Translations under genes and position numbers: made by a program
The notes under the pieces: generated by a model
Told to the model about the DNA's origin: nothing
The model's database searches: none
Seen by the model: the letters and a program-made list of their open reading frames with translations, nothing else
Shown: positions 36,201-45,600 of the stretch, piece by piece
Position numbering within the stretch: position 1 is the first letter of the stretch
Layout of the letters: each line of letters opens with the position of its first letter
NCBI RefSeq assembly: GCF_011745625.1
Contig: NW_027191517.1
Span: forward strand, 1 to 46,748
Length of the DNA: 46,748 nt
Source: Cladosporium halotolerans
Taxonomy: Eukaryota
Reading direction: 5' to 3'

Positions 36201-36687
36201 CGACTCGAGTAGGAGAGAGGGCGGTAGTGACAGGCAGACGATGACTACGCCGCTACTACAGCAGGGAGAGCAGGAAGAGCAAGGAGAGCATGGAGGTCAA
36301 TCCGCGCGACAGTACACGCAGCAGTTCACGCCGCACTTTACTCCGGTACAACAGTGGATCGATCAGCACACACGGCAGCAGTTCGCGCCGCAGGTTGTCG
36401 CCGGGACAAGGGTCGCTATGACGCCGGGCACGACAGCACATCTCGAGCAGTCGCCGCTCTACAACAGGTCGACAGCGATATCCGTAATCGGTCAGAAGAG
36501 ATTCATGAGCCCGGCAGTAAGCGAGGAGGATCTGAAGAAGGCGATGAGGAAGGCTTTACGCCGCGACGACGTCTCGTTCCGATCGGAAGAACTAAGTAGT
36601 ATGCACAGCGGAATCGACTCTCCAAAGGAATCGACTCCACTTTCCCTTCCTCTGCTCCCAAAACACTGCTCGAGCGCTCAATTGTGA
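33235..36687 (+). CDS. Element A: DUF3505-like Zn finger + tyrosine-recombinase-like domain, broken at the start of the RecQ domain (about 36592)
   Basis: VLICTRHGYAV..HLQEYH, C…C…HCNRKHDW; HVTGGQPARGTE, RYHKS, DYRHVAV, SAGR…NRYG. Homology stops at VSFRSEE, the position just before RecQ motif 0 in the intact copy D. Start codon uncertain. Confidence 0.75.
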   Translation: MSLPAYADVPRPGVAGNRTLDVQHTAVSPDCNTGDIRLPNDRDKITVENAHQSLEWHEEHGVLICTRHGYAVRNLGFHLQEYHTGNAKERRAVLELFGRHEVREPKDVTLPAPLGAPFASLGKPVNAFICNEPECEHISTSRKGIRLHCNRKHDWRSSADEREHWHSIWVQTFFKSAGLQKYFTVAYDEEENTVVQGDNAEIVLPTRSTANAAEIVGTSNDTEVAAIATDWKEQDEKLNETLDVADAETAKTDHTLWFKKTGWAEHIAGCTLKHLSQASRLPDRDEQTLHEAVKLNGALIEKCVAGLSSLDNETRRWLRSAKHSEIDQRPLARLQNVESQQTYAVYMARLLCYSLRVLQSCEDSERLEGTVDYQPSEGRGSESDVEDDSEDDEDSEGGGDGGSDSGIQPVVDILKDARRLYPWQGRQKDLLRRVREGIENGWDKKSQLKALLDFYESLIFQHVRGDTFKSAILHFLAILGIDEETRRLRQANDFSYMLAGIVYCMRVIAVEVILPSEEREDQDDVDDERFRRTRNDFLADGTYSVMSKALSILAYGKSIAMNHSNSGSISWSLDRTEMSYKGRPIDVARFGCMVRGVVEEAEGKLWKDLMWATQEEQFEIPLDKLQDDVTWTKRGVSFVDNAKNGLQDKREWMIKRALADVRGKKMRKQGEWSRLEVWRYLRKVDRFMELLLFCVHVTGGQPARGTEITSIRFRNGFQQDRNVFAIQGHMVVVTRYHKSQSQFDKPKVIPRFLPWRVGQLLAIYLAYVQPFQQYLTVKVKGSGRSDHIWANEFGPWGTDRLTKVINRESSKRLGTRLTTLDYRHVAVSLGREKVGEQFSRGYVEETAEVEEPEVDEDDPLEVSAGRGGEIGANRYGVSLDVIKHLSSRSIDTFRPLCQKWHEFLELASYGKKGQKRGLQTSSSSGSFYTHSLQDTDGRRTAMMANNGIRGWGAAIDRFRAQGREQGSEVGGGSNGSWWFGGGERNESENDSSRREGGSDRQTMTTPLLQQGEQEEQGEHGGQSARQYTQQFTPHFTPVQQWIDQHTRQQFAPQVVAGTRVAMTPGTTAHLEQSPLYNRSTAISVIGQKRFMSPAVSEEDLKKAMRKALRRDDVSFRSEELSSMHSGIDSPKESTPLSLPLLPKHCSSAQL

Positions 36688-37109
36688 TATTCCGCACAGC
36701 TTTTGTGAGGCTGCCATGCTTAGTTGCCGGAGATCCCGCCGTTCTCTCTCATCCTTTCGCTTCTGCCTTTTACTGTGTTTTCGTGTTTTGAAGTTCTTCT
36801 CTCCCCTGGTCTCCCGTAGAACTACGGCGCTGGCCGCTGTTCCCGCATGCCCAGCATACTCCCTTGCTCCAGGCCTGCTTCATATTCCAGCCCCGCCAAT
36901 GGCGAGTCTTACTTATATTAACCTGTAAATGAAAACTGCGGCAGTACGCGAGGGACACACGAGAGATGCGCGAGGGGCGCGCGGCTTGCGCGTAACTCGG
37001 TACTGGTGAACATGCGTGCCACATCTTCCTTCACCCTCCTTATCCAGTCCGCGTTCTCGCAATTCTACGATTCGACGGTTTGAACTAGATTCTCTGCTAC
37101 GACGTGACC

Positions 37110-39761
37110 ATGAGCAGTACCACAGACTTTTTTACGATATTACCCGAATACCAGATCGTGCTTTGCAAGATATGTCACTATTGCGTCTGGCCGGATAATG
37201 TCCGTACTCACCTCACGACGAAACACAGGCGGCTACCTAGGGCCGAGAGGGCGCGCATATACAAGGACATACAGACTTGGTCTGGAACACTCCTCTCTCC
37301 CGGCCAATTTTCGATCCCACAGTCTGTCAAAGAGCCTGTACAAGGTCTGCCGTTATTCCAGGACGGCAAGCAGTGCCGACTCAAGCCTGATGATTGCGCT
37401 TTCGTGTGCCGATCAACGGGTAGCTTGAGTAAACACTGGCAAGCGGCCCACAGTTGGAGCGTCACTGGCAAAAGAGGAGGAGCGAGGACGGCTTTATCGC
37501 TTCAGGGTTCTGCACAAAAGCGGGCAGACGCATGGAAGCCTGTTCGATGTCAACGGTTCTTTCATACAGGACGCCACACTAGCTATTTCATGGTGCATTG
37601 CGAAGAGAGACATGAGAACAAAGCCTCTCGATGCGAGCCATCTCAGCCCGAGTCGATTGCCTCTTCGGTGCTCCAAGATCTTGCGGCGCTAGAACGAGAC
37701 CAGGAGAAGCAGAGCAACGTGGCGTGTGATGAGACCAGTGCAAAAGAGACCTCTCCTTGGCTACAGCTGACTCGATGGCTTTCATACCTTCACGGAAAAT
37801 GCCTCCTCGACGTCGCTGCTCTCGTTAAGCAACCGGATTTAACCACTGAGCCCGCATTACTTTCTATTTGTGATAGCCTTGAGCGTGTAATTGAGGATGC
37901 GTACCAAGCCGTCTGCAACGACAGCATTAACGTATTTGACCAAGTCCGGATCAACAGCTTCTTACAGCGACCAAGCGCAACTGACCGCCCGCTAATGGTC
38001 AAACTCCAGAAATCGACATGGCGGCATTATACTAGGATTTGGAAGGCGCTTCTTAGTTTCGTCGTTCGAACTGCGCAGCCAAGTAATGATATTCAACTCC
38101 GGCACCAACTGACGAATCGACAAGCGGCCAATCTCCAAAAAACAGTCTTCAAAGCGGAAGAGGTAGTGCGGCTGTCCGCAGATGGTGAGGCGGTCGGAGA
38201 AGAAGCAACATCTGCGCTGGAATTAGCTAGCGATGAACTGGACGGCTTTTGTCTTGATCTCTGTGTATCACTACTGGATCACGACCTCAAAGGAGATCTC
38301 TTTGAGAGCGCTGCTGTCGGCTTCTTAGCAGCATTCGCCATCGATCCTATTAAAGGGATCCTTAGGGAGGCTTATCACTTCACACCAACTCTTTCTGGTT
38401 TCATAAAAATCGCACAGATGCTGGTGATCCAGAAATCTGTGGTCGACGCAAGGGACGAGGAGGGCTTGCAGCCTGCTGACCTCCTCGATGAAATGCGCGC
38501 TCGATTTTTGAACAATGGCGTGCGGTCTCCTTTCAGCTGGGCCAGTCAGCTAAGAGTTTATGGAAAGAAAATTCGCGACTCGACTACTTGCCTTGGCTAT
38601 ATTTCTTGGTCAGACGACAACCTCTCGGTCTCTTACAAAGGCGTGCGCCATCTAAGCATGAATGCTCTCCGTGAGTTCGTCAGGGAGCAAGTAGAAAAGG
38701 CCCAGGCCCAACTCGAACAGCTTCTACTGATCCATCCCGAGGAGACGCGAGAAGACCTGGATATCCGGTTCTGGATTCACCGTGTCGTTGACGACCCAAC
38801 GGAGAACCAGAAGGGGTGGAGCTTTTTGCGCCACCCGCGAAACCTCCAGGGTGCTCTACCGGATCGAGACGTATGGCTGTTGAAAAGAGTACTTGAGACC
38901 CCGTGGCTTCAGGAAGAATTCATTTGCGCAGGAAGTACAGCAGCACAACAAAGGTGGAATCAAAGCGCGTGTCAAGTATACTTCCTCCAAGTCGAGGCGT
39001 TCCTCGAGCAATTGCTTCTGCTCATTCACCTCACGGCAGGCCAGCCAGCCCGAGGCAGCGAGACACTGAGCTTGAGGCACGTCAATACCGTTAGCGGCCA
39101 CCATAGAAACGTCTTCATCGAGAACGGTATGGTGAGTACGGTGACAACCTACCATAAAGGCTACAGCACTACTGGTAACACAAAGATTATCCACCGCTAC
39201 TTACCAAAAGTGGTCGGAGAGCTTCTAGTATACTACCTCTGGCTCATTCAACCGTTTTGCAGGAAGTTAGAGATGCTTGCTTTGCGTAGAAGAGACCTTC
39301 CGTCTCCGTTCTTGTGGGCGAAGGGAGGAAGCCTCGACCCTTGGGATAGCTCGAGACTTAGTCGCGTACTCCAACGCGAGACGAAACAAGCATTCGGTGT
39401 CGCAATGAATATATCTGTGTACCGACACCTAGCTGTTGCCATCTCTCGAAAGCATCTGAAATGCGGTGGCTTCAAACGCGACTATGGCTTAGAGGAGTCT
39501 GCGTTGGATAGACAAGGGTCCCACACATCTTGGACAGTAGGTACAACATATGCTCGTGGGCTGGAGGAGGCTGCCGGGCACGTCGAAGCGAGGAAATCAG
39601 AGTATCGCCGCATTAGCCAAGAGTGGCATGACTTTTTAGGATTTTCTTCAAGTTCCCTGCCTTCACGGAAGCGGCCACTGGACGACATCACGAATAGAGC
39701 GGATAGATTGGTGCAGAGGCGGAAATTAAGCAGTAAAATCATACCCAACTTTTCGAGTTAG
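37110..39761 (+). CDS. Element B: DUF3505-like Zn finger + tyrosine-recombinase-like protein without helicase, 883 aa
   Basis: IVLCKICHYCVWPDNVRTHLTTKH, SPWLQLTRW, HLTAGQPARGSE, TYHKG, VYRHLAVA, QGSHT…TTYAR, basic NLS-like tail RKRP…RRK. Confidence 0.78.
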   Translation: MSSTTDFFTILPEYQIVLCKICHYCVWPDNVRTHLTTKHRRLPRAERARIYKDIQTWSGTLLSPGQFSIPQSVKEPVQGLPLFQDGKQCRLKPDDCAFVCRSTGSLSKHWQAAHSWSVTGKRGGARTALSLQGSAQKRADAWKPVRCQRFFHTGRHTSYFMVHCEERHENKASRCEPSQPESIASSVLQDLAALERDQEKQSNVACDETSAKETSPWLQLTRWLSYLHGKCLLDVAALVKQPDLTTEPALLSICDSLERVIEDAYQAVCNDSINVFDQVRINSFLQRPSATDRPLMVKLQKSTWRHYTRIWKALLSFVVRTAQPSNDIQLRHQLTNRQAANLQKTVFKAEEVVRLSADGEAVGEEATSALELASDELDGFCLDLCVSLLDHDLKGDLFESAAVGFLAAFAIDPIKGILREAYHFTPTLSGFIKIAQMLVIQKSVVDARDEEGLQPADLLDEMRARFLNNGVRSPFSWASQLRVYGKKIRDSTTCLGYISWSDDNLSVSYKGVRHLSMNALREFVREQVEKAQAQLEQLLLIHPEETREDLDIRFWIHRVVDDPTENQKGWSFLRHPRNLQGALPDRDVWLLKRVLETPWLQEEFICAGSTAAQQRWNQSACQVYFLQVEAFLEQLLLLIHLTAGQPARGSETLSLRHVNTVSGHHRNVFIENGMVSTVTTYHKGYSTTGNTKIIHRYLPKVVGELLVYYLWLIQPFCRKLEMLALRRRDLPSPFLWAKGGSLDPWDSSRLSRVLQRETKQAFGVAMNISVYRHLAVAISRKHLKCGGFKRDYGLEESALDRQGSHTSWTVGTTYARGLEEAAGHVEARKSEYRRISQEWHDFLGFSSSSLPSRKRPLDDITNRADRLVQRRKLSSKIIPNFSS

Positions 39762-39823
39762 TTAGTGTAGATGGCTTGAAAATTTATATATGATTGCTCT
39801 TGCATTTCCTGAATGCCTGATTC

Positions 39824-42056
39824 TTGAGGTGTCGTCACCTCCTTCAAGACGATTTGCTACTAGGTCTCACGCGTCTTCGCCGAATGAGTCCTCGGTTCCT
39901 CAAGGACGGTGTTAACGTCGATACCGTGCGTTGGAACTTCGTCCAACACAGAGACAACGCGACGATCCTCGATGGCACAGAACGTGCTTTGATAAAAGCA
40001 ATCGAACGATCCGAGCAATTATGTCGAATCTTGCTCGTTAAGAATAGTCAGTCGCCCGGTGGATGGGCGTGGAGGGAGAGCGCAATGGCCAGTTACGAAG
40101 CTACCGTGCAGGAGTTTCTGAAACGGCTCAGCGTCCTCATACACATCAGTGGTGGGCAACCCGTACGGGAGAGCGAGTTCTTTTCGATGACACATCGCAA
40201 CACGCAGCGGCGACGGTCTATCATCATCCGCTTCGAGCGTGTGATGGTACACGTGCAGTACCACAAAGGCCAGCAGCAGACAGGAAGCTACAAAGAAAAT
40301 GTCCGCTTCCTCGCCAACCCTATCGGAGAACTGCTACTCGACTACATCACCTACTTCCTGCCGTTGCGCGAGAGGTTTCTACGGCAGACCTCGCCTGGAT
40401 CGTTACTTTCCCCGTACCTTTGGGGAGAAGGATGGAAAAGTGTGGCCGGAAGGCCATCTAGGTCGCTACTTGGAAGAAGCAAGCGTTCGGGCGTGCGTGC
40501 CACGACTTCACGTCGCAGATTGGAGGCAGATCTCAGTTGCCATCGTCAAAACGAAGTTCGCTGGCCAAATCGAGTATTTCGATCCAGACGAAGGCGACGA
40601 AGACGGGGAAGAGACTGCTCCAATCATCCGAATCATGACCGAACAGCGCAACCACAAGACGCGGACGGTGAACCGCGCGTATGCTAACCAAGCCGGAGCA
40701 GTGTTCAGCAACCTCTGGGATGGAAAGGTGCGGATGGGCCTGCAGGCTTCCACTCTATGGCAGGACTTTTGGGGCGTGGAGACGATTCTCAAGAGGAAGA
40801 AACGTGGGAGAGTCGGGCAAGAGTCTCGCTTGGCGAAACGGGTCGCCAAGGGCATCTATCGTCCTCGCAAGCCTTGGTCCACAGAAGCTCTCCTGGGAGG
40901 CGTGAAGAAACTATACGGCAACAAGGACGCAGGCTGGAAATCGACCGAGCAGGCGCAAGCTCTCACTGCAATCATGTCGTGGAATGAGCAGGTCGTCGTC
41001 ATCCTACCCACGGGAGCTGGGAAGAGCTTGCTTTTCATGCTCCCGTGTACCCTGGCTAACGCTGGGATAACGATACTCATCGTACCGCTCGTCTCACTCT
41101 ACGGAGATATGCTTCGGCGCATGAAAGAGATGAGCATCGACCATCTGGAGTGGCATCCAGGCGAGACTCGAGAAGCCGCCTTGGTACTGGTCAGCGCCGA
41201 AGCCGCCTCGTCCAAGGATTTTATCAAATATGCTCGGAGGCTGATAGCAGAGCAGAAGCTGGATCGGATCGTGGTTGACGAGTGCCACCTGACCGTAATT
41301 GCGGCCGAGTACCGACCCAGCATCGTCGAGCTCACAGCCATCCGGAGCCTGAGAACTCAGTTTGTTTACCTCACAGCCACTCTTCCACCATCTATGCGGG
41401 CAGAGTTCGAGGAAAGGAACTATTTGCATCACCCCACAGTGATAAGAGCGTCGAGCAATCGAGCAAATATTCTCTACATGGTGCGTAAGGCTGATGCTCA
41501 CAAAGGAAGCCTACTCGAACAGGCTAGTGTCGAGGTCGAAGACGCTTGGACAAAGTCTGATTTGTTCGATCACTCTCGCGACAAAATCATCCTTTACGTT
41601 CGGACGTGCAAGGACGCGGACGACTTGGCAGAGCTACTCGGCTGCAGCTCGTACACTGCCGAGAGCGGGACGCCAGTGGAGAAGAAGCAGATACTCGATC
41701 GCTGGACCCAAGCTCTCGATACGCCATACATCGTGGCGACTACTGCCCTAGCCGAAGGGTTCGACTATCCGCACGTCCGGCTCGTCATAAACGTAGACGA
41801 GCCGGAGTCGTTGGTCATCTTTGCCCAAGAGTCTGGTCGGGCGGGACGGGACGGGGAACGTGCATATTCGATGGTATTACTTCCCGCAACCTGGCAGCCT
41901 CAGGTCTCAGATATTTCGTTGGACGAGCCGCGCGGGACGAACAACTACAGAGATGACCCGACACTTCGGAAGCGCGATACAAGCAGTGCGAGTAGCAGGC
42001 CTAGCTCTACGATCGGTGTAGGGAACCCCATTTTATCGTTGTGCTTTGAGAAGTAG
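39824..42056 (+). pseudogene. Element C: tyrosine-recombinase-like domain + RecQ helicase, N- and C-truncated, one frameshift near 40424
   Basis: HISGGQPVRESE, QYHKG, DWRQI, QRNH…RAYAN; RecQ motifs PTGAGKS, DECH, LTATLP, ATTALAEGFD, QESGRAGRDG. An extra G in TGGGGAG shifts LWEKDGKVW (could be a sequencing error). Confidence 0.85.
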
Positions 42057-42071
42057 GAAACTAAAGCCTAA

Positions 42072-42167
42072 CCTATCCTCAATCCTTCAAAGAATCCGGG
42101 GCGGATTCCATGATAATGTATGGGGGGCACGGGCCACCGAATTCGCCGGAGGGGGCAGATTCCATGA
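42072..42167 (+). repeat. 96-bp direct repeat, copy 1 (contains GGGGCRGATTCCATGA twice, 54 bp apart)
   Basis: Ungapped alignment to 46650-46745 with 9 mismatches by manual count. Confidence 0.95.
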
Positions 42168-42346
42168 AAAACCGGGGGCAGAAGGAATGAAAAGTACCGG
42201 TCGGAATCGTTTCAAACTCGGTGAGTTTCCAATCCGTAGGCACTTAACTCGTGAGTTTTCAACACCGGAGCGGGAGACCCGCGTGGTGAATTGTTATCGC
42301 GGTTCGAAAATCCCAACATACTATGTGAAGTTCCGCTCGGAAAGGC

Positions 42347-42358
42347 TTAGGGTTAGGG
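42347..42358 (+). repeat. Interstitial telomeric repeat (TTAGGG)2
   Basis: TTAGGGTTAGGG lies about 290 bp upstream of the element D ATG. Confidence 0.55.
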
Positions 42359-42649
42359 TCGGCGGGCGTGACGGCGGTTCGGCTGGGATTGAGGGACCGC
42401 CGCAAGCGCAGGCTAGACGCTCGCGAAGAGGCAGAGTAGATAGAAATACACCAACAAAGGTGCAAAAAAGCACCCAGTGAGGCCACCGACTCTTGTAGTA
42501 TATAGTCAATGTTCAATCCCATCATATGTGACCGCGCCACCGCGACAGGGATCGCGAAAATCTTGTGACAGGGGTCGGTGTAGCTAAGCTCAGGCGAGGC
42601 CGCCGACCAAAACATTAGGACAAACACGTTGCTCGACAGCCAACACACC

Positions 42650-45600
42650 ATGGACGCTTTTGAGAGTTTGTTCGTACACTTTCAGAATTTCCAGATCATC
42701 GTTTGTAGAGATTGCAAGTTTGCAGTGGTTCCAGACCAAATCAAGGCGCATCTCAGCCAAAATCACCGGACGCTAACAGTGAGCACCAGGAAAAGAATAA
42801 TCGAACAGGTGGAAAAGCTCGACCACGTCGCGTACAGATCGGAGGACGTCGTGTACCCCGCCGTCGAACAGCAAGCGATCCAGGAGCTTGGCCCGGTCAT
42901 CGAGCAATGCTTACAGTGTAAGGCGTGCGGGTTGCTGAGGGTGAGCAGGAAGGGAATCGAGGCGCACTGTAGAAAGGAACACGGCTGGAACAGCACCAAA
43001 AGCCGGGGAGGTCGAGGGAGTTTGAGGAGTCGACCCGCCGAAAACCAGCCGTTCACGGAAGGTCACTGCTGTCAGAGATTCTTCAAGTATGCGCAGTGGA
43101 CTAAGCTCTTCAAGGTGCTACCGCCAGCGCCACGGATGCAAGGAAGCGGTCACGGCTCCGAGCCCGACGACAGGGCGCAGAAGTTGACAGATGAGGTAGC
43201 AGATGGACTAAAGAAGAAGCTGCGGGAAGCGCACCATCACAGGAAGGTGGACGTCAGCGATGTCAGGTCTGAGATGGATCCATGGCTGGAACACACCAGC
43301 TGGGCTCACCATCTGGCTGGGTTTGAGAAAGAAGAGCTGCGGGCTAGTCTGAGTGCGGCGCCAAAGCTTGAGGCGGACGAGCGGGGGATAGAGAGCGTGG
43401 ATGAAGAAGAGGAGGCCATCGAGAGGGCTTGCAGAGCGACCGGCAGGGTGATCAAGAAGGCCATGGACGTCAGCAGCCCGCGGACGATCCCAAGGTCCGC
43501 TCTTCATTACGTGAACAGGAAAGAAACCGGGGCCGCGAACAACGAGACTCCATTCTACAGTAAACACGAGGCCAGTACGCAGAAGAAATACTCCAGGGTC
43601 TGGGTATCAATGCTGAGATATCTTTGGAGGAGTCAGACTTGGGAGAACAAGCCAGACTACACGTTGACGGACGGGCAAGCAAGGAGACTGGGGGCAATGC
43701 AAAGTCTCGCCAGACGAGAGACCGCCGCTTTGGGCAAGGGAGCCAGAAGGAACTACGAAGACGAGTTACAATGGTCCATCGTTCTTTTCTGGGCCAGCAT
43801 GCTCGACCAGGAGCTGCTTGACGACGAGTTCCAAAGCGGCTTTCTGTCTGCAGTGGCAGTTCTCGGCTTAGACACCGAAGACGCAGGATGGGTGAGCGTG
43901 TTCAACTTCACGCCGAAGCTGGCGGCCATCGTCACAGTCTGCAAGGCTCTGGTGGTGTTCATGGCTTACAAGCAGAGACAAGACGACATCGAGCGGCTAA
44001 CCGGGGAAGGGATAAATGAGAAGGAGGCGAGAAAAGAGGCGGTCAGCGTCGTAGAAGGCGTGCACGACATGGTGCCCCGGCTGTTGTGTCTTCAGGAGTA
44101 CGGGGGACCAGCGAGCCCGATGGATAGGGTCTTGCACATGAAGACTTTTGGAATGAGGATCAGGTTCACGGAGAAAGCCGGCGCACGGGTCACTTGGATG
44201 AACAGATGCCAGCAGGTCGCCATCGATAAGATCAGCTTCAGCATGGGTGATCTCAGAGATGCACTACATACGCTGTGGGAAAGGTGTCTAGGCAGGCTTA
44301 CGAAGCAGTTGATGTTCTTACAGCAAGAAGAGGAACTGCCGACTTTGCATCTGGACAGACTGTTTGACAACCCAAGCGATCTCACCGAGGGTTGGAGCTT
44401 CTTGGGCGATGAGAGAAACGATGAAGTTTTAGGCAGGGTCAGGAGGCCAGACGGGAAAGACGTAGAGAGTCGGAAGTGGTTATGGAGCCGGGCCATGAGA
44501 GAGGACCGAATAACCAAACACTTTCTACACAACATCGACATGAGCGAGGTGGGGGACCGGAGTGAGCTACGGTGGAACACGACCAAGGTGGAGCAGTACT
44601 TCCGGGAGGTGACTCTGTTCAAGGAGGAGCTGATAGTGTTGTGTCATATGGCAGGCGGAGCTCCGGCGAGAGGGACGGAAGTCGTCAGCATCAGGACGGA
44701 GAACGGAGAAAGTGCGCGAGCGCAGAGGGGCGTTTTCATCGACAACGGCATGGTCGAGCTTGTGACGGGCTACCACAAAGGCTACAGCAAGAGCGGCGAA
44801 GCGAAGATAATCCACAGGTATCTGCCAGAAGAGGTGGGAAAGCTGTTGGTATACCATCTGTGGCTAGTGGAACCGTTCGTGCACATGCTCAGGTGGGAAG
44901 TCAGGGGCGAGTTCGACTTCAGCAAGTATCTGTGGGAGCCGGAGCCGGAAAAGAAATGGGAAGGCGAGGTCGACGGAGTCAGGGAGGAGGAGGAGAGTGG
45001 GAGCGAGGAAGGAGGAAGGGAAAGCGACGGAGGAGAGGGCAGTTCAGGAAGCGAGAGCGAATCGAGCATAGGCCCGAGCAGCGAAAGCGAGGCGGATGGA
45101 GGTGACGACGAAGGAACGGCAGGAGATCAGATCGTCAGTGGGAGGGAGGCGAGAAGTAGGCCGAGGAATAGAGGAAAAGCGAAAGAGGGCAAGCTGCAGG
45201 CACTCAGCATAGACGGCTTCTGGAACACAGAGAGGCTGAAGAGGGTGATGAAGAGGGAGCTGTCAAAATGCCAAGCTGGATTCTTCGCAACGCCGTCGAC
45301 ATGGAGGCAGCTATACCCAGCCATCCAAAGGGTACACTGCCCCGAGGAAGAAGTGACGAAACAGCTCGATCGGTTGTACGAAGGCGTATCGACGGAGGAT
45401 AGGCAGATGCAATCCGGGCACAGTAAGAGGATGGAAGAATTGATTTACGGGATTCTGACGACTGAGAATCCGTTCAGTACACAGTCTGAACAGGCGTCTT
45501 TCAGAAAGGTGAGCGTGTCATGGCACCGCTTCATGAGGTGGCCATCCGCGACGGGGAACGGCAAGCCAGCAATCGATCTGGAGAAGTACAGGAAGATGGT

